Below the pieces are notes generated by a model that saw nothing but the letters and a program-made list of their open reading frames with translations, was not told where the DNA came from and did not search any database. A stretch of DNA of 63,826 nucleotides, the filler included, from Trichomonas gallinae (Eukaryota), in the NCBI GenBank assembly GCA_008369845.1. It is 3 parts of 3 records of this genome, joined end to end, with 100 filler letters (N's around TTAATTAATTAA, not from the genome) between each part and the next. Parts side by side here need not be neighbours in the genome. Positions count along the whole stretch, not along the records: positions 28,376 to 56,036 come from MRSU01000657.1; 2 more parts are not named here. One strand, 5' to 3'. Each line of letters starts with the position of its first letter. Within the stretch, counting starts at the first letter, position 1. The position numbers and the translations under genes were made by a program. Positions 34,225 to 45,500 of the stretch are shown one piece after another.

Positions 34225-34703
34225 CTAAACTTTGTTTGGAGCCAGAAACTGTAGTCAAAAATAAAATAAAAAAATTGAGAATTGAATAATATGGAAATTG
34301 AATAGTTTGGAAATTAAGGTAAAATTTATTCAATTTTACATTAAATTTTTTTCCACTGATCAAACAAAAAAAAAATCAAAACGGTCTAAATAGGATGTGA
34401 ATTGTTTAAGGATGCCGCTTCGAAAGAACCTTAGGAATATGTTAGCTAGTTAATAAAGATGCTGATAGCCGATATACCCTTATCCCATTTTAATTATTAC
34501 GGCCCCTTAATAATAAATGTCAGTTTTTTTATGGAATGTGCAACCGTTTTTTGTCGGACCTATAAAATAGGGTCTATTAGCCCCCATGTTTGATTTTGTA
34601 CGTCAGACAAAGGGTAGCTGTTTTTCATTCAAAGTCATTATAATCTTCTAAAACGATATCCATAAATGGATATAAATTAATGTAAAAAAAAAAAAAACTA
34701 ATT

Positions 34704-37391
34704 TTATAAAAACAAATCGTTCACAAACGTTATAATTTCTGAATTTCCTGCATATGTCTTGCGTAAGTGAGCGAGAACAAGATTTTTCAGATCAGTAACC
34801 TCCGAAAGAGGCTGCTGATTAATATCATATTTAGGCATAGTTGTCATTAAAAACTTAAATTCTTTCTTCATGTCATCATTAAACTCATAATTATCCGCGA
34901 AAGATGCAATTGCTCTCAGGCAGATGCATGGGAGAAGTGCTTGGTTCGGCAGTGTATTTCGCTTTCCCATCACCATTGAAATTGCTTGATTCGTTCTTGT
35001 TACCATTTGATTTATGACTCTTTGTACTTTCTCTCTAAATTCAAGATTTCCTCTGTACAAAATATCATTAGAATCAATTGAATTGATTCCATATAAATAA
35101 TTCGTCCTCTGCATATGTGCGCCAAGAACAATAGAATCAAGCGCAAAGTCAATTCGCAAATCTTCAGTCCATTTTTTGCGCACGCAGATTTTAATCAATG
35201 CCCTGAATACTTCCAAGCAATCTCCTTCCTGTTTACCAGGCAAAATTAGAATGAAGCTCAGAGAGTTTTTGAGTAAAATGTAGAGATCTGGAGTTGGCGG
35301 CAAGTCGGTTGTATATTGGACAAAATAGTCAAAGAATGTTTCTGAGAATGAAATAACTTTTGACAATAGTGCTACATTTGCTCCCATTAAAAATAACGCG
35401 CATCTTTCGACAGGATTTTCTATTGATGGGATTGTGCATAGTGTGTAAGCTAACAGCGAATACAAAGCTATTTCAAGATGAGGAATTTTGTTGTTCGTTG
35501 CATGAATACAATCACGCATTGCAATTCTAGCTAAAACGCTCATTAATCTGGAATTGGTCTGAAAAGATTCACGAGCGGCTAATAAGAAATTCAAGTGTGC
35601 TTCGATGTTATTATCGAAATCAACTCTGTATAAAAACCATTCTATTTTTGCAATGATTTTTTGAACAACATCATCCGCACTCAAAACAGACAATGAATGA
35701 AATGCAATGATTGATTGCTCAAGAATAACTCTCACTACAAAAGGATCAGACATTTTAAATGGCTTCCTTTGTATATCTTCTAAAATGTAAAGTGCAATTT
35801 TTTCAAGACGTTTTGCATCGAGATAATCCATTAAATCCGATGGACTGTGCGTTGACTCAAGCATAGTTCCAAAGTTTTTAGAATATTTAACAGCATATTT
35901 GACGCATTTGTACAAATTTATCGCGTCATTTTCTGTCAAATGAAGACCGAATTCTGATTCTTGTTTCTCGAAATTTGTTGATACAACATCCATCACGTGA
36001 TCAAGATACAAATCGATGTGTCTTGGCTGACAGAACCTGCATACATATTTCGTCAAAGGAGCAGCAACAAAAATAAAATCGCTTGATTTATATTCGCGCA
36101 TTCTTATGAATATATCGTTCGTTGTTTTGACGACATCAGTTTTAATGTCGCATGCTGCAATAATAGAGCATAGTTCATGCATCAATAAAGACTTAGGGAG
36201 GGTGTTGTCGCATTCATCAATCATTTTCAAAACTACTGGAAAAGCAACAGTTATAAAACGAGGCGGAATTGAATCAATAAAAACTTTCAGGACAAAAGCT
36301 GGTGGTTTTCCTTGAGCATAGAAACTATCAATGGAGTTTATGAGTATTTCAGCATCTGAGTTTGCGATTAATGTCCTTAGAAAGAAGTAAAGAGCTGGTT
36401 CTTGAGTATTCATGAAATATTCGTAAGAAAATTTTAATTGTGGCCTGAAACACCGCTTGAATCCACCATTGTTCATGTATATTATATTCAACGTATACAT
36501 TTCTAGTAAAGGTTGCATGAAAGCAATATCATTTTTTGGATTTATCTTAAAAACGGTGTGTACGAAATAGGCAATGATGAATATTGTAGATAATGATACA
36601 CCAAGTCCACCAATAGCATGTGAAATCAAAATTATTTGTTCTTGAAGATTTTTCCAAGGATGAAATTCTAAAAATTTAAGAAATGTGATTTCAAGCATGA
36701 GCTTTGGTAATAGCAGTTCTATCCTTGATATCTTCCCAAACCATTCTATCGCAGTTAATTGCCGCGAAACTGTTGGTGCAGTTTCGTAATCAATTGGATG
36801 ATCAGGTAATAAATTAAACATTTTCAGTGCATTCGCTACAAATTTATCAATTGCTTCGACAATTAAAACGAATTGACATGGATAAAAATTTGGTGATTCA
36901 AAATTATTGAGTTGATAGCAACATTCTATAGTGACATCGAGCATTTCCATGTATGTATTCTTTTCAGCATTGTGTTCTATCAATTGCGCAAATTTTTTCG
37001 TTGAATTTCGTAAACTTTCTTCGTTGCTTAGAATATATTGAAATGAAACGCTATCATCATGTATGAAATCGAATTCTGATAATCTTTCATTGATTCTGTC
37101 GCTAAAATTTACAGAAATATCGCTAATAACGAAATCTGAATGTTGAAGTTTATAGAAATCACGACATTTCGCTTTAAGTTTTAGCCATCTTTTCTCGACT
37201 GGCTCCGCATTTTCTGCATCTTTTAGTGTTTTCTTCAAGATTTGATTAGAAACAGTATTGAATGCTTCAACTCTTGAAGTTATTTGAGATAAAGGCTCTT
37301 GATCAACAGGTTCAAGCTTTTTTACTGTGAAGCTTGGAAGAAGTTCTATATCTTTATCGATTGGATGGAACTTGATAGATTCAAGTTCCAT
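34704..37391 (-). CDS. VPS35L: VPS35L (C16orf62)-like endosomal sorting protein
   Basis: 'FYPCQFVLI...IDKF', 'WFGKISRIELLLPKLMLE' and 'VDFDNNIEAHLNFLLAARESF' resemble conserved VPS35L blocks; 895 aa. Confidence 0.75.
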   Translation of the reverse strand: MELESIKFHPIDKDIELLPSFTVKKLEPVDQEPLSQITSRVEAFNTVSNQILKKTLKDAENAEPVEKRWLKLKAKCRDFYKLQHSDFVISDISVNFSDRINERLSEFDFIHDDSVSFQYILSNEESLRNSTKKFAQLIEHNAEKNTYMEMLDVTIECCYQLNNFESPNFYPCQFVLIVEAIDKFVANALKMFNLLPDHPIDYETAPTVSRQLTAIEWFGKISRIELLLPKLMLEITFLKFLEFHPWKNLQEQIILISHAIGGLGVSLSTIFIIAYFVHTVFKINPKNDIAFMQPLLEMYTLNIIYMNNGGFKRCFRPQLKFSYEYFMNTQEPALYFFLRTLIANSDAEILINSIDSFYAQGKPPAFVLKVFIDSIPPRFITVAFPVVLKMIDECDNTLPKSLLMHELCSIIAACDIKTDVVKTTNDIFIRMREYKSSDFIFVAAPLTKYVCRFCQPRHIDLYLDHVMDVVSTNFEKQESEFGLHLTENDAINLYKCVKYAVKYSKNFGTMLESTHSPSDLMDYLDAKRLEKIALYILEDIQRKPFKMSDPFVVRVILEQSIIAFHSLSVLSADDVVQKIIAKIEWFLYRVDFDNNIEAHLNFLLAARESFQTNSRLMSVLARIAMRDCIHATNNKIPHLEIALYSLLAYTLCTIPSIENPVERCALFLMGANVALLSKVISFSETFFDYFVQYTTDLPPTPDLYILLKNSLSFILILPGKQEGDCLEVFRALIKICVRKKWTEDLRIDFALDSIVLGAHMQRTNYLYGINSIDSNDILYRGNLEFREKVQRVINQMVTRTNQAISMVMGKRNTLPNQALLPCICLRAIASFADNYEFNDDMKKEFKFLMTTMPKYDINQQPLSEVTDLKNLVLAHLRKTYAGNSEIITFVNDLFL

Positions 37392-37629
37392 CGAAATGAA
37401 TCCAAAACACTCAAATATATATCATTTATTAGCTGCATAAGCTGGAACTAGTTAATTTTTTTAATTAATCATTGATATAAAAATTTTGAAAATAAGAAAT
37501 TGAATGTTGAGCTAAAACTCATATGTATTTATAATAAATTACGCCCACATAATATAAATTATCAAAATGAAATGGCAACTTATATAGAAATTATTAGAAA
37601 AACAAATTACTAATTTAAACTACATAATT

Positions 37630-38799
37630 TTATCTTCTTCTACGGAATATAAGAGCAATTAACGAAACTGCAGCAACTGAACTTGAAATAATTAAAGGAA
37701 TCAATAATGGATTTGTTTTCTTTTCTTCTTTTTGTTCTGTTTGAGCTTCATGGTCCTCATATTGATGATTGTTTTCATTCTTTAGTCTTTGTATTTCTTC
37801 TGAAAGTTCTGTTAAATGTTGCGCGTATTCTTCTGTTGCTTCTGAGAATGTTGACTTGGTCATATCTAATAAATTAATCATGTTTGCTCTTTCACGTGTT
37901 AAATCTTCAATTATATCATCTTCTTTCGTGAAAGCGACTTTTTTCGTGTATTGATTAAATTTATCAATGTTTGTTCCATCAATTATCAAATCAGGAGTAG
38001 CTAAAGCCTCAATAATATCTGATGCTGTTGCCCTTTGTCCTGACTCTGACTCCCAGCAAGAATTGATTAATTCTTCAAACATTGGTGGGAAATTATTTGG
38101 AAATTCTGGTCTACCACCATATAGTCTCTCTTGATATAGGTCATCACGTGAAATTAAAGCAGAAGGAGGCTCTCCAGATAATAAATGATATATAATCATT
38201 CCATAATTAAAAATATCTGTTTGTGTTGTAACCTTTGTAGCACCTGGCATCAAGCATTCGGGTGAATAGTACGCAAAAGCTTTTTCATCGAATTCAAAAT
38301 TAGCCGTCAAATCCTTTCCTTCAATTGAAGCATAACTTAAGTCGCCTATAACTGGTTCACAGTTTTCATCGAGCCATATTGTTGATGCACTTAAATTTGT
38401 AAGAATAATTTTATGAGAATGCAAATAGAATAAAGCAGAAGCAATTCCGTATATAATTTTCATTTTATTTGTTGGATCTTCGAGCATTGGTTCTCTAACA
38501 GCTATGGCATCATTAAGAGTTCCAAGAGTTGGAAATTCTCGAGCGATAAACATTCCATTTTGAGGCGAAATAGCAAAGCCAACAATGGGTGAAAATGCTT
38601 TGTGTGTTATGTTCGTGGTAATTTGGATATCATTTACTAATCTTTTTATCGAGGATTTATCAATTGCTTTATAATATTTAGAAATACATGTCAAGCCTGT
38701 TCGAGAATCCTGTGATTTTGAATATCTTCCGTCTGACTCCGTCGAAATTTTCTCCAGTTCAACGAAATCTGAATAATCACACAAAGTATCAGTTTGCAT
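37630..38799 (-). CDS. TKL-type pseudokinase with coiled coil and C-terminal transmembrane tail anchor
   Basis: Kinase fold (YGIASALFYLH, YYSPE, DIFNYGM, CWE...R) lacking G-loop, HRD and DFG; ends LLIPLIISSSVAAVSLIALIFRRRR. Start at 38799 follows Inr TCA. Confidence 0.85.
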   Translation of the reverse strand: MQTDTLCDYSDFVELEKISTESDGRYSKSQDSRTGLTCISKYYKAIDKSSIKRLVNDIQITTNITHKAFSPIVGFAISPQNGMFIAREFPTLGTLNDAIAVREPMLEDPTNKMKIIYGIASALFYLHSHKIILTNLSASTIWLDENCEPVIGDLSYASIEGKDLTANFEFDEKAFAYYSPECLMPGATKVTTQTDIFNYGMIIYHLLSGEPPSALISRDDLYQERLYGGRPEFPNNFPPMFEELINSCWESESGQRATASDIIEALATPDLIIDGTNIDKFNQYTKKVAFTKEDDIIEDLTRERANMINLLDMTKSTFSEATEEYAQHLTELSEEIQRLKNENNHQYEDHEAQTEQKEEKKTNPLLIPLIISSSVAAVSLIALIFRRRR

Positions 38800-39561
38800 T
38801 ATGACAGAATAAATCCAGATATATAATAAGCACATTAAGCAATAGCAGGTTCCTAATAGGTACAAGTGTTAATTCAAAAATCTAAAATTTCATGATATAT
38901 TATTACTTATTAATCAAATCAGAAGAAATAATACCATTATATAGCTCTATTATATTGGATTAAAACGGATAGTAACTAATATACATGAATTAATTCCTTT
39001 TGATATATTTATTTAAGGATTCAAAATGTTCCTATTATAAAATCCTTTTGTGAAATTCCAATATATCCCAAAAAAATGAGTCCCAGATCAACAAAAAATG
39101 TGTATTCAGATATCTATAATTTATTTTGAATATGAGCTTAAATTCTCATGATATTTTGTTATTTAGGAGATAGTGAATATGTCGTAGCAATATCTTTTTG
39201 ATTCTGCAAATTTCGAAATTTTTCATTTGATAAGAAAAAATATAGTAAACATTTATTAAATTTTTCAAAAAATGATGAACAAATCCTCCATTTCTTTGTC
39301 AAATTAATAGATTATATATAGATTTATGTAAGCATCATTTTTCTACAATAAAATTTAATTTACAATAGGTCAGATTTTATGTAAATCTTGACATGTAAAT
39401 AATTTTTTTTTTTCTTACAAAATTTGAGAAATGTGTCAAGAATTCGATCACGGGTTAAATTTTGTTCCGTTCAATATTTCGCATATATAAAATTGTCAAA
39501 ATCGAGAAAGCAAACATAAAAATTACGAAAACGATGATATAGATTTACGTGTCAAAATTAT

Positions 39562-42500
39562 ATGAATCTTCCTAATATTGAGTGCCCTGATAATTTTGAA
39601 GGTATGCTAGAAGCATACGAACAATACTACACTGTCTTCTACCACGAAATGGTGAGAATGTCGAACGTCGCGCTCAATGATTATATTTCTAAATTTTTAG
39701 AGTTAGTTTTACGACTTGCCAAAACTTCTGATATTACAGACTCATTTAGGGTGGCCGTGGGAATTGCGGCGCTTCACCGTTTTGGCTACAACGAATTTCA
39801 AAAAATAACAGATATTTTAGAAATAATTATTCCGCAAAAAGACTTGGCTCTCGTCAAATTTACAAGCTGGTGCACAGGTGAGTTGGTAAAACATCCAGGT
39901 ACTGAACAGGCAAAATATGTTGGACATCTCATTCAACGTATTTTTGGATGGATTCATGCCTACGGCAGAAGAGAAAGATATCTAGCTGCTGCCTGGATGA
40001 TTTATTACATTACACTCAATGCACCAAGCTCGGTAACATCATTTTTGCCACAAATTCAAGCAGCAACATACGTTTTAATTACAAGACAATCATTTAGAAT
40101 CATCGAAGCTACTATATCAGCGCTATCACAAATAACTTTTGCTGTTATTTCTTATCGAAGATCTGAAATTGAAAATTTAATGTTGTTTTTCCACGATTTG
40201 TGTTTGAATTTAATGAGTATGTATGATCCAAACAAGCAAATATCCGCTTTACAACTATTAACGCGAACTGCTGAACTTTATCCAGATTATTTCGTTTCAA
40301 GAGGTCGATTAATCATGGAAAAAGTCAGCGATATATTATACGATTGTCAACCAATGGTAAATATTCATGCCATTGAATTATATACGCAGCTTATTATAAT
40401 TGATCCAATTTTAATTAACCAATTTGCCATGGATGATTATTTCAGAGACATGGAGCAGCTTTTAGTAGACTTTCCAAATGAATGTTCGAAATGCATAATT
40501 AAGTTAATTGACAGCGCTCCTAGCTACATAAAAGAGCAAAGAGATGAAATTTTAACAATTTGCGAAACATTAATCGAAGCGGAATTATATGATGACGTTT
40601 TCATGATATTCCACAAACTGCTCAAAGTACTTGAAGACTACTTCGATGAAATGGGCGAAGATTTGCTGAGACTTTTAGCCAGCGCGAAGCTTTCAGAATA
40701 TTACAAAAACTTTTTCGTCGCCTTGACAAAATTATCAATACAAAACGAAGACATGGTCATATTTTTACTTAACAACAAGATCAAAGAATGCTTGGAGTCC
40801 GAAGATCCACTGATTGTCTTGAAAATGATTAGTGAGCTTCCTTCTTCGATTTTCCCAGCAGATTCTACTCTTTTGACGCAAATAACTAAACATGCGAACT
40901 CAAAATTGTCATCAATAAGAATAGAAGTTTCTCGCGCATTATTCAACGTTCTCAAGAGCCAGACAGATATATCTCCAAATGCAATAGTTTTACAGGAATT
41001 ACAAAGAGCAATATCTGATCCTGATTTATACGTAAGAGCTGCAATTATTCAATGCGTTGGCGAAAATTGTCCAGCTGAGCTTGCTTCATCTGAAGGATTA
41101 AACTGGCTGAGAGTATTTTTGAACGATGACTCAACAAATGTTAGAATTAATTCCATCAAAGCTTTGGCGAAAATCAATCGTTTGAATCCAGTTAAATCTA
41201 TGGCATTTTCCAGGAATTATTTGATCAACTGCATCTACATTCTTGAGAACATTACTTCAATCAGACAAAAAGCAAGAACAGCGAAGATCCTCCCGCATCT
41301 TATTGAGTCGTGCAAAGATGTCGCTAAGATGTATATCGACACTTTCCTTAAACTTTTCTCGAAAGAAGTTTTGGAAACACATGATGATGAATTCTTCGAA
41401 AATTTCATTGAACGAAATTCATCAATTATTGTCAAGAAAGGTTTTATTGATGCTATTGCACTTCTCGCTCCATTAGATATGGAATTATTCAGTCAGCATT
41501 CTTCAGAAATCATTCCAAATCTTTGTCAGTATTTGATGAGAAAAGAGCCAAGAGAATTGATTTTATCTGTCTTAAATTTGCTATATATACTTTTGTCACC
41601 ACTTAACTCGACAAAAGAAATCAGATCAAACTGTGCAAGTATATTAACAAGCTGCACGAATCTCTTATTGCAGACAAAATCAAGAGAATTAAGGATGGGA
41701 ATATTAAAAGTTGTCGGTGCCATTGGTTTATTGGATGTTCATTTTGAAGAAGACTCGAGAACGAAAACAGTTCCAGATCATGTGGATGCTGACATTGCAA
41801 GAAGATTTTACATTCCAATGAGAGATGATGATGTCATAGCTGATTCTTCTCTTTATCTTGAACCAGGAAAGCAAGAGGTTTTCTTTGGATGTTATGTTAC
41901 TCAGCTTTTGCTAAATATTTTCAATGATATCAATAGATCAGATTTGACAATCGACACTTGCGATGCAATGGTTCATATACTTCAGAACAAATGGAATTCT
42001 TTGCTCCCGGCTTTTGATAAATTTTACAAATTCTTGCTCCAATTCATACAAGAGTCTGAGACACCTGAAGAACTTGCAGCTTATTGCGAGATTTTGATCA
42101 GAGTCAGCAACTTCTCAGGCAGCAATATCGTTCCTTTCCTCGAAGAAACTCTTTCTTTGTTGATGAGCAAATTCACATCAGATGACGATTTATTGATGGT
42201 CAGAGTTGTATACGCTATTGTTGAAACAACGAAAGATGCTTTTGCTCCACATTATCATGGAATATTATGCCATTTGTTGAGTGCGCTCGAAAACAGGAAA
42301 ACAAGTGATGCACAAGTATGCGAATACATCATGAAGATATTTGTGTTCATTGCTCCATATTCATCCGATCAAATCTTCTTGGTGATTTCTCAAATATGTG
42401 ATGCTATTATTTTCGATCAATCTCTTGATGCTGTGAGAATCAGTGGCCTCAATGCTTTGAAAGCACTTGCTGACATCACTGATATGATGTTCGCAATTGG

Positions 42501-45500
42501 AATCATTGTCAGATCATTGCAGTTCACATTATTTGATTTGGAGACTAAAAGCAATACAACCGAAGCAGCCATCGGTGCTTTAGTTTCATTGATCAAAAAC
42601 TATGGAAAACCTTTCTTGTTTGCATCATCTTCCATATTGAACAGACTGAAGCAGAACAACATTTATACCCCTGAGCTAATGGATACAATTACAAAAGTTG
42701 AGCTAGGCAGACAATTTGAAGATGCTAAACAAGAAAAATCGGAGAAAAAGCCCAAACAAGTTGCCGAAAAGTTCGTTATTAACGAAGAATTATTGATAAT
42801 CAGGTCAGAGAATCCGAACTTTGGTGATGAAATGAATCTTCAGCATTGGCTCTATAATTTTATCAAAATCATTGTCAGCCAGAATCCTCGCTCGTCTATC
42901 AGAGCTTGTTCTGGTTTAGTCGCGAAGAGTGAGTTTATTGCAATGAGATTATTCAATGTTTCTTTCTTATCCATTTGGCCACAATTATCTCAAAAGACAA
43001 AGAAAGTTATTCAGACATCATTCAAGAGCATCCTCGATGCAAAAGAATCATATACGATGGTCGGACGCAGAATTATTACACTTTTGATTTACATGGACAA
43101 AATGAGGCAGCCTATTGACATTCCAATAGAAGTCATCATCAAAGCTTGCGAGAAATACAGTGGCATGGCTTATGCTCTTTACATGCAGGAGCAGCATCAG
43201 TTAGGCTTAACTTCACCAAAAGACAAAACACGAGAAAGTGTCGAAAAATTAATCAAAATATATTGCGACGTTGGTCAGAAAGAAAATGCCATTTGTCTCT
43301 TCAAGAATTCGCACGAAAATCTCAGCAACTCAATAGAAACAAAAATGCGTCTCGGTTTTTATGAAGAGTGCATTGAACCATTGAAGAAACAATTAAAGAA
43401 ACCTGCTAACTTCGCTTTACTCATCAACTGTCTTGCATCTATGTCGAAATGGGAAGACATCACAAATTACATCACGTATTTCAATCTCATTGACGACAGA
43501 CAAACAAAGATCAGCGTCGCCGCTTATCTTGCTGAAGCAACAATGAGATTAGATAGATGGGATGATCTGCGCGGAATTTCTGAATTCACGATAGAAGACA
43601 ACTCTAGGAATATCATCGTTAATGCTTTGAAAGCTTTGCACGATCGTAAATTTGATGTTGTCAATGATTATGTTGAACGAGGTTTCAGCTTGATTGCATC
43701 AAAACCTCTCGCAATATGGTCTGAATATCAGCAGATACAAGACGAAACAGTTATTTTGGCGCAGAAGCTTGTTGAACTTCATGAAATTGCTGAATGGATG
43801 CGCGACACAGAAAACCGTAGCCATTACGAAAACACATGGACTCAGAGACATATGACGATGCCAAGAGATTTCTCAACGTGGAGTGATATGCTGTCAAACA
43901 GGATTTTGATGACAAATGTACACGACGAGAATTTGATCAAAATGTTTATGTTGCCAGGAATTTACCAAAACTCTTTCACCGCATTATTCCCACTCCGTAC
44001 ACAACAGAGTGGCAGCATAATTATAAAGATCTGCGAAGCAATCCAAAATTGGAGGAACATGAACAAAGAATCAGCTCTGGTACAGCTAGACAATATCATG
44101 AAAGAATTCACAGATGATACACCTAAGAACATCAAAGCATTCGCTGAAATGTTATATGGAACATGGATATCAGAAATTCATGATGGAGTCGCCGAGCTGA
44201 TGAAAGCATATCAACATTTAAACAAAGCAACTCGCTTTTTGGATAGAACCAATTTGACTGTGATAACAGCTATTGATCCTTCTCCTCAAACAAGTCCAAC
44301 ACTCCCTACTCCAATGCACAAAAGATCACAGTCGTTCAGGAAGTCTGTTAACTTCGGCATCAGATCATACGGCTCAAAGAATTTCTTATTAACTCCATCA
44401 GCATACAGAGAATTGATGACAAATGTTTTGAGCTTCGAAGTTATCAGGAAATGGGCTTTAGTTGCAGCAGAACTGATTAATGCTGATCCTCCAAATGCGG
44501 ACAAATACGTGAAGACAGCTATCGAATGCCTCACATCATGCGCAAATACTTCATCAACTAGTTTCCCAGACGTTGTCCAACTTTTGAACATTTTCTTCGA
44601 ATACGCGAATAAATGGAATCTGTTCGCACAAACGAAAGAATCTATCAGAAGCCTTGATACAAGATATCTTCTTGCTGCTTCTCCGCAGCTTCTTGTCCAA
44701 CTTTCTCATCCATCTTCAGAAATATCAATGTTTGTTGCAGACTTGGTTTTGAGTTTGCTCGAGAAACATTATCACTCAATTGTTTTCTCTGTTATTACAA
44801 TGCAGGAATCATCAATTGAGAAGAGAAGCATTGCCGCATCGAATATCATCGAGAATTTCAGATACAAGATGCCAGAAGAGTTGAATGAAGTTGATATAAT
44901 AAGAGATGCTTTGATCGATTTAACAGTCACATTACATGAAAAATGCCAAACAATTCTTGGCGATATTCAAGCACATATCGAAAATCAAAGCTGGAACTTG
45001 ATGAAAGACAGTTTAGATGAAATGGAAGGATTATATCCAACGGAACCTAAGAATGAATTAGAATACAGCTTCTGCAAAGAGTTCAAGAAGTCATTCGAAG
45101 AGTTAAGAGCATTAAACAAAGCAGATAGAACAACTTCAACGATGCTGAACCAAATCAATGCTTGGGTCAACAAATTCAATGTTGCAATTTCAAATAGCTG
45201 GAACAAAGTAGAATCAATTGCATTAAACACAGTTTCTCCGGAACTCTGCGAAATGAACGAATTCAGTTTTGCTGTTCCAGGCACATATAAAGTTGATCAC
45301 GAGATAACTCGTATCAAGTTCTTCTTCGAGCAGGTCATGGTTTTCACATCCAAGCAAAAGCCAAAATCAATAAGTGTCATGGGCTCTGATGGAAAGGTTT
45401 ATCAATACCTGCTGAAAGGACACGAAGACTTAAGACTTGATGAGAGAATCATGCAGTTCTTCTCAACAGTTAATTCAATCATCAAAACTTCATTCTCAAA

